Shown piece by piece: positions 40,800-52,974 of a stretch of 64,000 nt of DNA. The notes under the pieces are model-generated. The model was not told where the DNA came from, did no database searches, and was given only the letters and a program-made list of their open reading frames with translations. This stretch comes from Azolla caroliniana (Eukaryota > Plantae > Polypodiophyta): NCBI GenBank assembly GCA_043228905.1, contig JBHGNT010000015.1, positions 8,370,001-8,434,000 of the forward strand, in the 5' to 3' direction. The position numbers were made by a program, and so were the translations under genes. Positions within the stretch are counted from its first letter, which is position 1, and each line of letters begins with the position of its first letter.

Positions 40800-43641
40800 T
40801 TTGCCCTTCAATCTTCCTCCAAAATGTCCAGAATGCTTTGGTCGAAGGGTTCTAAATGCTCATCGGTTAGCTGCTTCGTCGTTTGCTGCTGCTCCTACTC
40901 CCACTCTTGCTGTTGATGCTGATCCTGTTGCTCTGAACTCTCCAGTTCCACTGGTCTCGAGGCTTCCGGTTTTGGTTCTATTGGTTTGGGCTCCTCCTCC
41001 TCCTGCTGCTCTGGCCTCTCCGGTTCCACTGGTCTCGAGGCTTCCGGTTCTGGTTATGTTGGTTTGGGCTCCTCCTGCTGATGGTTTCCGATGTGCAGGT
41101 TTTCATCCTTCGGCTGCTCCTCTGGAGTTTTGTTCGGCTGGCTTCCCCCAGTTTCAGCTTCATTTGGCGCCTCCTCTGAAGGCTTCTCTTTGTCACTGAT
41201 ATTGATCGCCGCAGTTCTTTTGGCCACCTCTTGCCGTCGCCGTTATCATTCATACCACTCGAATTGGAGTTGTGTATCCAGCTGGTCGTCGTCCAATTGC
41301 TCCAACAATCGTCTCACCGCTGCCAATTGTTCCCCGGCTAATGATAGGAAGTCATCCGACAATTCCTCCCTTATGGCTACAATGTTCTCCGCATCCTGTT
41401 TATAGAAATCGTCGTCGTCCTTCCTCTGGTTCTCCGCATCTGCTCTCAGCAATTGTAACTCCGTTGCTTACTTAGCCCATTTAGACCACCATTGAACCGA
41501 ACTTTCTTCCACCAGTCTCTTCGTCCGGTTTCTCCATGTCAGCACCAGATCACGGATTCGCCCTAGCCCCATCTTCGACTTATTCTTTGCGGCATGTTTT
41601 TCGTCTTTCAATTGTTTGATAAGGCATGTAGTTGCCGCTTCTTGGCTTTTGTAGTGCATGAACTGTGTCTGATAGGTAGTCTGAACTTTGTTCAGAGCCA
41701 TTGTGGCGGGTTCCTTTTCCTCATAGTGCTGCCGGATCAGCTCCATCCGTTCTTTCGCCACTTCCACTGGTCATTTCGCTACTTCAGCGCCCTTCAACTG
41801 TTCCTCCACTAGGGCTGTCGTTGTCCGGTTAACCTCATCCCGAAGTTCCCGTAACTTCTCCTGCTGCCAGCCACTTTCGGTGATCAATTTCTTGTGTTCC
41901 GCATCCAAGTGTTTGTGATCCCGGTGCCGCCGATCAAAGTCGTCCATTTTTTGTTTTAGCCTTTGATTGATCAACATGGTTTTCCCGGTCGTTTTGTTGT
42001 CAGAGCTCTTCCTTGAGTTGCTCGATCTCTACTTCCGTTGAGTGCCGGAGTTTGTCCTTTTCCTGCAGGAGTTTTTCTTTTTCTTCCTTTAGTCGGTCAT
42101 ATGCTCGATAACCTTTTCGCAGGCTTTCTTCGGCTCGCCGGAGGCTTTCAACTAATTTCTTTTGTTCTTCCTTCGCTGCCTTCTTCCATTCACGTTCTCT
42201 AGCCCTTAAGGCCTTTTGGGCTTCCAATGCTTCTTTCAACGTGGCGAGTTCTTGTTCCTGTGCCTTATTCGTATCCGAGACTGTTTCAATCACCGGGGTC
42301 TTATTATTCTGAACACTCACCGGTGCCACCGGTTCTAATTGTTTTGGTCCTTTGATGACCAACTTAGCTGCCTCTTCTCTGGTCTTTTCCATTTCTTGTT
42401 CCATGCTCCGGATTCTCGACCGGGCCTTCTCTAGTTCTTCGGTCGTGGCGAGCAACCGGTCCACGTGTGCTCTTTCTTCTGCTTCTATGTGGCACACCAC
42501 CTTAGCCACTTGTTCTCCTATCCACCGTAGCCATTGGCTGCCGGTGCTTTGTTGTCGTGCCAGTTTTGGTCGTGGTGTGGTTTCCTCACTTGCTGGGAAC
42601 CTATTCTGGGTAGTTAGCGATAGTTCCTGTTCTTGCTATGGCTGATGCGTCGGCGACACCTGCAATTCAATCACCGGTTTTTGAACATCCGATTCCGCTA
42701 TTTCTTGCCGCACAGGTGCTTCTAACACCGGATCTGGTTGAACCGGTTCTGACTCCTTCCTTGGCTGCGGCTCCTCGGGGCGGGGCTTTGGTATATTGTC
42801 CTTTACCGGACTTGATTCCTCCCCTTTGTGGCCCTCATCGCGTGTTTGTTTGCGACGTAATAGGTGCTTGGCAGGTTCTTCTTCTCTATCCTCGTCTAGG
42901 GTTCCACTATTGATTAACGCCGTCAAGGGGTCTTGCTCCTATTGTTGTTCTGATTGCTGTTCCGGCCGGCTCAACTTAATTTTTAAGGGTCTCACTGGTG
43001 TTTCCACCAGTGTCTCCTTCTCTATCGTATGCTTCCGACTAGGCTGCTCCTTCGCATTCTGTGAGGAGCCGGCTGCTTTCCATCCGATTGCTTGTTTAGC
43101 TAGGAGTTGTTGCCTTTTTGAAGATTGGTTGGGGATTGATTCAGTCAGTCTCCCAGCTTCTTCGGCTGATCGGCTCTACCGGCGGCGCTAAAAGAGTGAG
43201 CCATTGCGCCACCGCCGTCCACATCTTCTTGCCATCCTTTACTGAGTCTATGGCTACGCTCAAACTATCAGCGATGATCACCGGCCAATCCACTTGTACT
43301 CCCTCATAAGTCTCTATAATAAAACCGGCTCTATTCTTTGGCATAGCCAGGGGTCGAGGGTGTACATGCCCATACTCATGAATCACACGAGCGACTTCTT
43401 GGAATAGAGCGTCCTCATCGCCTTGCGTGCGGTACACCTTGCTGGCCAGGGAGTAGTCACCGAAGAAGTTCATGAGCATCTCCGGTGAAGGGTTGTCGAT
43501 TGTGAATATTCCACCCTCTGGTAAGCCGGTCATAGCGCGGATGGCCTCTTTTGTGATGACCTCGATGATTCTTAGGAACCCTTCGAACCCATGTTGCTTG
43601 AACCATTTCTTGGCCGTTTCCGAGAGTGCCATATGGTCCAT
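40800..43641 (-). pseudogene. Extra 3' ORF of element G: globular N-terminal domain plus long coiled-coil, now fragmented
   Basis: Consecutive minus-strand fragments 43141-43641, 42636-42926, 42000-42509, 41771-41977, 41468-41767, 41246-41452; E/K/Q/R-rich heptad-like composition. Confidence 0.7.
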
Positions 43642-43989
43642 ATCGTCGTCTGATCACTCTTAATCGCCTGTGTGTGCTTAGTTCTCTGTTCTCGTGAAAT
43701 GAGAGGGACTCTGCGAGGCGGAGGTTTTGTCTCTCCATGTTTGGCGCCTTTTCTCGATTCCCACGCATGCACGTTGTGTACTATAATAGTAGCCGGTTGA
43801 CACATGGTATGCTTTTAAATAGGCTTTGATTAGCCACCAACCACACACCTTTTCAAAGTGCTTGTTCGCTCCTCGCCTATGCATGATGATTTTATTTATT
43901 TATTTTATTTTTTTAAATAATTAAGCATTAGTCCCGGTTGTCTGGTAACACCGGGTCCTCTTGGTTGCCAGCCAATTGCTTGCCGCTTC

Positions 43990-44813
43990 CGGTTACCGCG
44001 TCGGTCTCCACATGGGCCCGTAATAGGGTTTAAGCCGGAACCCATTTACCCATTTGTCCAGTACTTCGCCGGCAAGCATGCCTAACTAGTAAGAACTGTT
44101 GAATTCTCGCGTGATCCAGTATAGTCTGGTCCACCGGAACCGTAGCTTGCCCGACATCTTACCCATCCGGGTCTGAAACACAAGCACCGGCTTGCCGATT
44201 CCGAACAACATCTCATTGCCCTTCCGGTGCCGGTCGACGAATGCCTTCCTTCGTCGCTGCTCCAGTTCCAACTGCATGATACTCGCTATTCGATGCTCTT
44301 CCAGCTCACATAGTGTCGCCAATCGGATTTTCTCTGATTCCTTTTCACTCAGTCACTCCCGGACCTATATCCGTAAGCTCGGTACTTGAAATTCAATCGG
44401 CATCACTGCTTCTTGTCCGAACGCTAACTGGAATGGTGTTGTCCTGATGCTCGTTTTATACGCCATCCAGTAAGCCCATAATGCACTGTGCAACTTCGTG
44501 TCACGATCGGTCCGGTTCACATTGACGATCTTCCGGAGGATGTTCTGTAGTTTCTTGTTAGTGGACTCGGCCAGTCCATTCGCCTGCGGGTAGTACGGAG
44601 TGTTGCGCTTGTGTATTACTGCGTAGAACGTTGTTAGGCTCTCCACTACTTGACCGAGGAAGTGTCCACCTTGGTCGTTAATTAATTCGATTGGACATCC
44701 GTAACGGCACTAGATGTACTCGTAAAGGAACTTCGCCGTTGATGCCGCGGTATTGTCTCGCAAAGGCTTGGCCTCTACCCACTTGGTGCAATAATCCGTA
44801 GCGACAATGACGT
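43990..44813 (-). pseudogene. Integrase core/C-terminus of element G
   Basis: [32 protein letters not shown]...YWI, VNGFRLKPY. Confidence 0.88.
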
Positions 44814-45039
44814 TGTCATAGTGTAATTCGCACACTACGTGAAAAATGTATTTTTGTCCCTCCGGATGGGACAAGGAGGAACCGGTAAGGAGGACCCAGT
44901 AAGGAGAACTGGATGAAGGAGGAACTGGCAAGGAGGACCCGGTAAGGAGACCCAGATCAAGCAGAACCGGCAAGAGCCGGATAAAGAAGGCCGGTGAGAG
45001 TCTCTCACCGGATGGAGAGACAAATTTGTAAATAAAAGA

Positions 45040-45124
45040 AACGATCGTTACATACATAGGGCAAGATTCGAACCCTGTACCTTCACATAGACAAACCCCA
45101 ACCTTACCATTGTACTAACTTATC
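45040..45124 (-). promoter_or_regulatory. tRNA-type Pol III internal promoter (A box 45107-45117, B box 45065-45073) in U3 of the element S LTR; decayed twin at ~51485-51545
   Basis: TAGTACAATGG...GTTCGAATC with 44-nt start-to-start spacing, followed by TTTT on the minus strand. Confidence 0.6.
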
Positions 45125-45692
45125 GTAAGTGTTTTAAATATAGATTTAATATATATAAGACCTTTATTTACGCCTACCTTTATTAGAAGGTAAGTCATGC
45201 ATTTTTAGAATGCGTGAATACTTTATTCATAAGAAAAATGTATACCAATAAAAAATTGCTCGTGCACATCTAGCAAGCATGAGCACTATATTTAGGAAAT
45301 AAAAGCATAGTGTAAAAATCAACTCATGCACATTTAGTGTGCATGAACACTTTAGAAAAAGCATGAAGCTATGCTTAGCCTCTTCCATCCTTATATAAGG
45401 AGGAGAGAAAGATGTATGGGGTTGTTGATTTTTTTACAAGGATTGATCAATCTAATAAATTCGTGGGATTCACGCGTTTATCTTCAAAATTCTCTTTCTT
45501 ACAATCTAAATATTGATTAAATACACTAAACATGTGGGATTCACAAGTTTTATTTCTTACTTCTCTTTCTACCTATTCATAACTAGCCTTATATTGTATT
45601 TTTCTTTCTCCTAGTCCAAAACCTCAGTGGTTCCCACCTGACTCACGCAACAATCCGGAGCTGAAAGGCATGACACAAGTGGTGAACCCGAC

Positions 45693-48600
45693 ATGAAACC
45701 GGGTAGCAAGGAGATGGAAAATCAACCGGGAGCTAACAACATGATGGCGATGTTTGAGCGGATGCTACAAAAAGAACACGTGATGTCGAAGATTGCGGTG
45801 GCAATAGAGCGGCTCGTGCAACTCAACGAGCAACTCAACGGGAATGACATGTCACGATATTTGCGAGATTACAAGGCGGAAATGCTACGGTGCGGAATTT
45901 CGGAAGGACTGCAAGTGACGTCCTTCAACCGGGTGGTGACCGACGGGCTTCAAGGGAGTATCCATGGGATACGGCAGCAAAATCCGATGTGGGAGGCATT
46001 TGAAGAGGCGCTAAAGACCACATTCGCCATTGAGGACTCCTCCAAGGCAACGAGGAGGGCATTCGAAGATTGGGTGGAAACACCGGAGAAGGGGATGAAG
46101 GTCCTCGATGTGTTTTCGTCATTTGAAAGTCGGTTCGGGAGGTTGTCTGTGAGAGATCAAGCTATCCTCGCACCGGACAAAGTGATCATGTTCCTACGAG
46201 CCGTGGACATCTAGGACCGGAAAGATCTTGGGTTGCTTTTGGAGGACACGACCACTGAGAGTAGCCTCACCGAACATGGGAAAGCATGCGGGATATCGTC
46301 GTGTGATACACGAAGAGGCGGCAATGGCTTGCTAGCGAAGAAAAGAGGGTTTCAGAACCGATTCCGAAACAGAGATCCGGATTGGAAGACCATCAACCGA
46401 GGGCTTGGGAGACTACGACCGAGAAGGGAATCGATGCAACCACGGTGGAGCAATTGCTAAAAGAAATGAAGAATCTGAAAATCGCAATGGTAAAGAAGTC
46501 GGATGACTGTCCCACAAGCTCCAAGTATATGGACCGTCGGTGCATCTGGTGCGATAGCACCGAACATGATTGGAGGGATTGCGACGAGCACAAGGAGGTG
46601 TTACGATGGGATCATATCTACTACAAAGGAAATCGGATCCATTCGATGGACTCTCGAAAGCCACTCCAAACAAACTTCTGGAAAGGCGGCATGAAGAAGG
46701 TCCTCGAGGAGGAAATAGTGACAAATGCGGGAATAAGTGTGGGTGAGTCATCGGGAGCAAAGGCGTCTTTTTGACTGGATGTGCTAGAAAACCCCGAGAA
46801 GACCGACTCCAATGAGACCCGAAGCACGGCAGAAGGCATCCGTGAAGCTACAGGATGGGAGTGCCCCGTCGATAAGAATAGTGTGTATGTAGACGAGAAA
46901 CGACGGCGCACGGATGATGCGGCCGGGCCATTGAAGACATCGGAAAGTTGGAACTCCGGAGGGAAGGGAAAAGAAAAATGATTCTGGTATTCAAGCTCCT
47001 CGGACATCGAACAACAAACGGACTTGAAAAAGGTGTTCGAGGAGAGAATTCTCGATAGCCGGGTAGAATTTTCGCTTCGGGAATTACCCGGAATAGCAAA
47101 GGAGTTCCACGAACTTTTTGTGGATCTCGTGAAGAGAAAAAGACAAAGTATGGAGGAAAATGCTCCAAGGGTGAATGCAAATACTGTTTTAATGAATGAC
47201 ATCGAATTGGAGGACAAAATTCCGAACTCCCACTACACAAGGCCACATTGGGCACGTGCAACTACGGAGACTCCGATCCGAATTGGCAACATCAAAGAGC
47301 TTGTGCGCATTGATTGATCACGGATCGGAGATCAATTTGATGTCCAAGGAGTTCTACCGGAAGGGGAAGTGGCCTATAAACACTAACCATGGATAGAAGA
47401 TCCACGCAGCCACTAAAGCAATGGAACATCTATTTGCGGCTTGTCCGGATGTGACGATGAAGATCGGGGATGTCGAGATTGACCAAAATTTCTTCGTACA
47501 AGACGAGGTCTCACATTCCGTGATCCTCAAGCAACCCTTTATCACGGCTTCACGAATGGAGACAAAGGTGCTCAATAGCGGTGCGACTTTCGCACGAATT
47601 TGGAGCCAAAGCGGAGGGAAATCCGTCCAATTCCTAACTGTGCCTGCAAATCATGAAAGGAACAAGAGAGAGCTCTTGTCCCAAACAAGGATGGATTTTT
47701 AGAGCAGACTGTTGCGGAGTGGGGAAGTGATAGTCTGAGAAGACCTGATACCCCACACAGGAAGAAAACTCTCGAAGCAAAACAAGTACGAATCGGTCCG
47801 GATGGGGCATCTACGTACACGGCTGTAACTAGAGGAAAGAAGAAAGAATACCGTAAGGTAGAGGATAAGTTGCGTTCGGCATCAATAATAAAAGAAGACG
47901 AAGAAATCCTGGGGGTAGTCGAAGAAGTGTTCTATGGGAGCACGCTACAATGGCTTGAAGACCTTGTGGAGGATAAAAGCCAAGGACACTAGGTAGTCCC
48001 GGTGGAATCGGTCGAGATGTATGAGATCATTGCGAAAATGGGGCCGGATGTGCTCCGCAAAGAAGAAGCAATGGTAAGTACGAAATACAAGACCGTGGAG
48101 AAGAATGTGAAACTGGCCGCGGGACCGTTACCCGCCGATAGCGAGCAAAAGAGAAAAGAAGTCTCGGGAGATCCGACACTTCAGAAGTCCGTGGATATCA
48201 GACATGCCTTCACGGATGAGACCCGGAAGAAACTTCAGATCTATGGAGGTGGTTTCCTTTTACAAAATGAAGAAGAAAGATTCCGCGGGATGTTGGAATA
48301 ACATGGGAAAGCATTTGCATTCACATTGTTGAAGGAGATAGGGTGTGTTGATCTGAAGATAGTGGAGCTGATGGTGATCTTCACTATTGATCATGTGTTG
48401 TGAAACCTGAAGCCGATTCCGGTGCCACATGCGCATATTCCGAAAGTCATCGACTTGGGGATTCTAGAGCCATCAAATGCTCCATACTCAAATCGATGGT
48501 TTACGGTTCCGAAGAAGAATGGGTCACTCCAGTTTATTCAAGACTTGCAACCGGTGAACAAGGTCACGATCCGGAACTTGCGAATTTGCGAAAGCATTTT

Positions 48601-51195
48601 CCGGATGCGCGATATACTCCATCGGATACCTATACTCCGGGTATGACCAATTCCAACTAGCCGTGGAGATCCGAGACATCACTACCATGCGTACAACGAT
48701 AGGATTAGTCTGAATGTGCACACTATCACAAGGAGTGACAAACTCGGTTGCACATATGATGAATGCGATGAACAAGGTGCTTCGAGATTGCATTCCGGAG
48801 ATAACGATGTCGTTCCTAGATGACATTCCGATGAAAGGATGCGCGGTAGAAGAAAAAGATGAAACTATGGATGATCGGGGATGCCGAAAGTTGGTAGTCG
48901 ACCATATTCGTGATTGCGAGAAAGTGCTTCGAAAGTTAGAAGATGTGCACCTAACACTTTCTGGGGAGAAATCGGCATTCGGGCAAGAAGAGATATTGGT
49001 AGTCGGACATCTATGTGGGCCCTACGGCCGAAGACTGTCACCAACCAAGATCGATGTGATTCAAGCTATGAAAGATGTATGCGAATCACAATCCGAAGTC
49101 CGAAGGTTTCTTGGATCTTGTGCATTTTATCACATATGGATTTCGCACTATGCACATATTGCGGACCCACTCTATCACTTATTGCGGAAGGGGAAGAAGT
49201 TCGAATGGAAACCGAAACACACCAAGGCCATGAAGAAGCTCAAGAAAACATTACGGAGGGCTGAAGCACTTAAGAAGCCAAGCTATGAGCGACCAATCAT
49301 AGTAACGGTTGATACAAGTCCAACTGGGATCGGATGGGTCATCAATCAAGCCGACTCGGATGGGTTGCGATATCCGATTCGATTCGGAGCAAAGGTTCTC
49401 AACGAAAGGCAACACGGATATGCACAATTCAAAAGAGAATTATGGGGAGTCGTGTCGGCAATCAAATCGGATCGAGATTATTTGATCGGAGCCAAAGTAG
49501 TGATCGAAACGGATTGTCTTCTGATACTCGGGATGATGCAGTGTTGCACAATACCGGATGTGGCTATGCTAAGATGAATTGCATATGTTAAGTCGCTTAA
49601 CCCGCATGTACGACATATCTCTAGAAAAGACAACGCGGTAAAGGATATGCTATCAAGGGCTCGGTTCGGAGATGACATAGCCGAATCCGATAATGAAGAA
49701 GTTTCTGAAGACTGCTTTGCTTCGAAGCACATATGCCGAGAAAATGTAATCCGAGAATTCTGAGAAGAAGAATACGAGGGAGAAAAGTTGATGATCGGGA
49801 AGGTGCTACAAGAGATTGAGGAATCATCGGACGATAAAGAGAAGAGAGCCGAGATCCGAAGGAAGAAGAGGCAAGTCCAAAAGTTCTTCTTGAAAAATGG
49901 ATTAATATGGAGGGAGCCGAAAAGACCGGATGGCATACCACTTCAGGTAGTTGGGGTGAAAGAGCAACAAAACCGGATAATGTCCGAGTTTCACAAATCC
50001 GATTGGGCTGGACATTGAGGAACATGGGCAACTTTTGTGAAAATCATACAAAAATATTGGTGGAAGAATATGTACAAAGATATAGCGGAGTTCACGGAAA
50101 GCTGCGAGAAGTGTCAAATCTACTCCAGAGTTCGACACTAAGATGACTTACATCCGACATTCTCACCGACAATCAACTTCAAATGGATGGTCGACATTGT
50201 AGCCATGCCAACCGGGATCGAACAAAAGAAGTACTTGGTGTTAGCTCGAGAATATCTCACAAACCAAGTAGAAGGTCGGGCGCTACGAAGGAAAACGTGT
50301 TCTGCGGTATGCCAATTTCTTTTGGAGGAGGTGTTTTGCAGGTATGGGTGCGTAGGACAAGTGATTGCGGATCGGGGAGAACTTGACTATGATAAAGCTA
50401 GGGAATTCTTCACAAAACATGGAGTTCGGTTAACACTAACAACGACATACAATCCGGAGGCCAACGGGAAAATCGAACTAGGACATAGTCTGATCGTCAA
50501 AGCACTTGCCAAAGCATGTGACGGAAGGGTGAAGGATTGGCCCGCATATCCCGTATGCACTATGGGCGGATCAGATGACGCATAGCTCCGTAACCGGTTA
50601 TATGCCGACATAACTCATGACCGGACAAGCACTAGTAATGCCGACGGAAACCGCGATCGCGACATGGACAATGCTATCGTGGAAGGAAGAGATGAGTCGG
50701 GAAGAACGACTAGCGGTTTGGATACGACAACTAGAGGGAAGATCAGAAGACATAGAGGAAGCAACACGCCGACAAGAAGAAGCGCAATTCCCAAACAAAA
50801 GCTGGTTCAACACAAAGCACTGACTACGACCATGGAAGATTGAAGAAGGAGATTGGGTGATTGTCTATGACAGTAGTTTGAATCATTAACATACAATGAT
50901 ACGGAAGTTCGCGAAAAGGTGGTTTGGGCCATATGAGGTTCGGAAAGTTTTCGACAATGGAACTTACCGACTATGCGAGTTGGATGGAACGATACTACAA
51001 GTGCCTATAACAAGGAAACGGGTAAAGATCTTCAAGAAGTGGAGTGACGACGAATCTTATGTAACCCTAGACAAGACCGACAACGAGGAGCAACCGGACA
51101 AAGATCGTGGTGATGCGGAAAGGGAAGAAAGTGGACTTCAACTCGTAGACGACATAAGGGAAGAATCGGAGAGTGCTACGGATGAAGGTGAATAA
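45693..51195 (+). pseudogene. gag-protease ORF (to 47702) and RT-RH-IN ORF of element S, decayed
   Basis: CIWCDSTEHDWRDC knuckle, PR LIDHGSEINLM, RT SFLDD, RH VTVDTSPTGIG, IN YNPEANGKIE and WFGPY. Confidence 0.88.
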
Positions 51196-52097
51196 TGAGC
51201 ATCAGGAACTTTAGCACATACCGGAGGATGTGCGGGTTCGGAGGGGGCGAGTGTCATAGTGTGTGTAATTCGCAAACTACGTGAAAAATGCATTTTTGTC
51301 CCTCCAGATGGGACAAGGAGGAACCGGTAAGGAGAACCGGATGAAGGAGGAACTGGCAAGGAGGACCCGGTAAGAACCGGATCAAGCAGAACCGGCAAGA
51401 GCTGGATAAAGAAGGCGGGTGAGAGTCTCTCACTGGATGGAGAGACAAATTTGTAAATAAAAGAAAAGATCGTTACATGCATAAGGCAAGATCTAAACCC
51501 TGTACCTCCTCGTAGACAAACCCCAACCTTACTATTGTACTAACTTATCCTAAGTGATCTAAATATAGATTTAATACGTATAAGACCTTTATTTACGCCT
51601 ACCTTTAAAGGTAAGTCATGCATTTTTAGAATACGTGAATACTTTATTCATAAGAAAAATGTATACCAATAAAAAATTACTCGTGCACATCTAAGTGAGC
51701 ATGAGCACTATATTTAGGAAATAAAAGCATAGTGTAAAAATCAACTCATGCACATTTAGTGTGCATGAACACTTTAGAAAAAGCATGAAGCTATGCTTAG
51801 CCTCTTCCATCCTTATATAAGGGTGAGAGAAAGATGTATGGGTTTGTTGACTTTTTTACAAGGATTGATCAATCTAATATATTTGTGGGATTCATGAGTT
51901 TATCATAAAAATTCTCTTTCTTACAATCTAAATATTGATTAAATACATTAAACACGTGGGATTCACAAGTTTTATTTCTTACTTCTCTTTCTACCTATTC
52001 ATAACTAGCCTTATATTGTATTTTCCTTTCGCCTAGTCCAAAACCTCAGTGGTTCCCACCCGACTCACGCAACAATCCGGAGCTGAAAGGCATGACA

Positions 52098-52740
52098 GCG
52101 TCGACAAACACATGAAACTCTTTGGACTAGTCCAGGGGTTGTACTACTGGTGCTTGCGATAGTAGTACTTTTAGCGCGTAGCAAGCGTCATCCTCTGTAG
52201 CCATCCATTGAAATGGTGTTTGGTGAACCGCAACATGCAGCGGTGTTGCAAGATCTGCCAAATACCGGAGCATCCGGCTATGCCACCGGATTTGTCCGAA
52301 GAATTTGCTTAATGCTTTGGCCATCGGTGGTGCCGGTGCCTCCAGAATTGCCCTGACTTTGTCAGGGTGTACTGCTATCCCGTCCTTGCTAACAATTTGA
52401 CCAAGTAGCATACCACTAGTCACCCCGAACACATACTTTGCCGGGTTCAAGCTTAGCCGGTACCCCCTGCATTTCTCTAGGCATAACCGGAGATTGTCTA
52501 GGTGTTCCCCTTGCCGGCTATACACCGCGAAGTCGTCTAGAAACACCTGCATAAACGCCGGGATGAACTCTCCAAATATTTCCATGATTTTCCACTAAAG
52601 GTAGCCGGCGACGTTTTGAGTCGAAACATCATCACTATGGCAACAAAAACTCCCCACTCGGTAATGAATGCCGTCTTTTCTTGGTCATCGAGGTGCATCC
52701 GTATTTGATTGTAACCGTTGAATATGTCTAGGAAGCTATA
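52098..52740 (-). pseudogene. RT C-terminal half of element G
   Basis: YSFLD..NGYNQI, KTAFITEWG, VFLDDF, FHVFVDA. Confidence 0.88.
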
Positions 52741-52938
52741 TGTCGAATACAAATGTATAATGGACGTATTCACACTATTCTCTTAGAGAGCCCAAGTTCG
52801 GGCTATTTCTGTAAATAACATAAAGGGCAGTTGCCCTATGTGAGTCACTATATAAAGTGACTTTGTAACCCTTTGTAAAGGTTGGTTGTTCATTGTTGTA
52901 ACTGTTGCCCTTTTATGAATATAGATATATGCTTTGTG

Positions 52939-52974
<36 letters not shown>

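Larger units (their letters stand above)
44814..52097 (+). mobile_element. Full-length tRNA-Trp-primed Ty3/gypsy element S (Selgy/Phygy-like, provisional): LTRs 44814-45675 and 51252-52097, PBS 45680-45696, PPT 51240-51251
   Basis: TGTCA...TGACA direct repeats; 4-bp flanks ACGT/GCGT; PBS TGGTGAACCCGACATGA matches the plant tRNA-Trp 3' end as I recall it (one mismatch). Confidence 0.9.
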
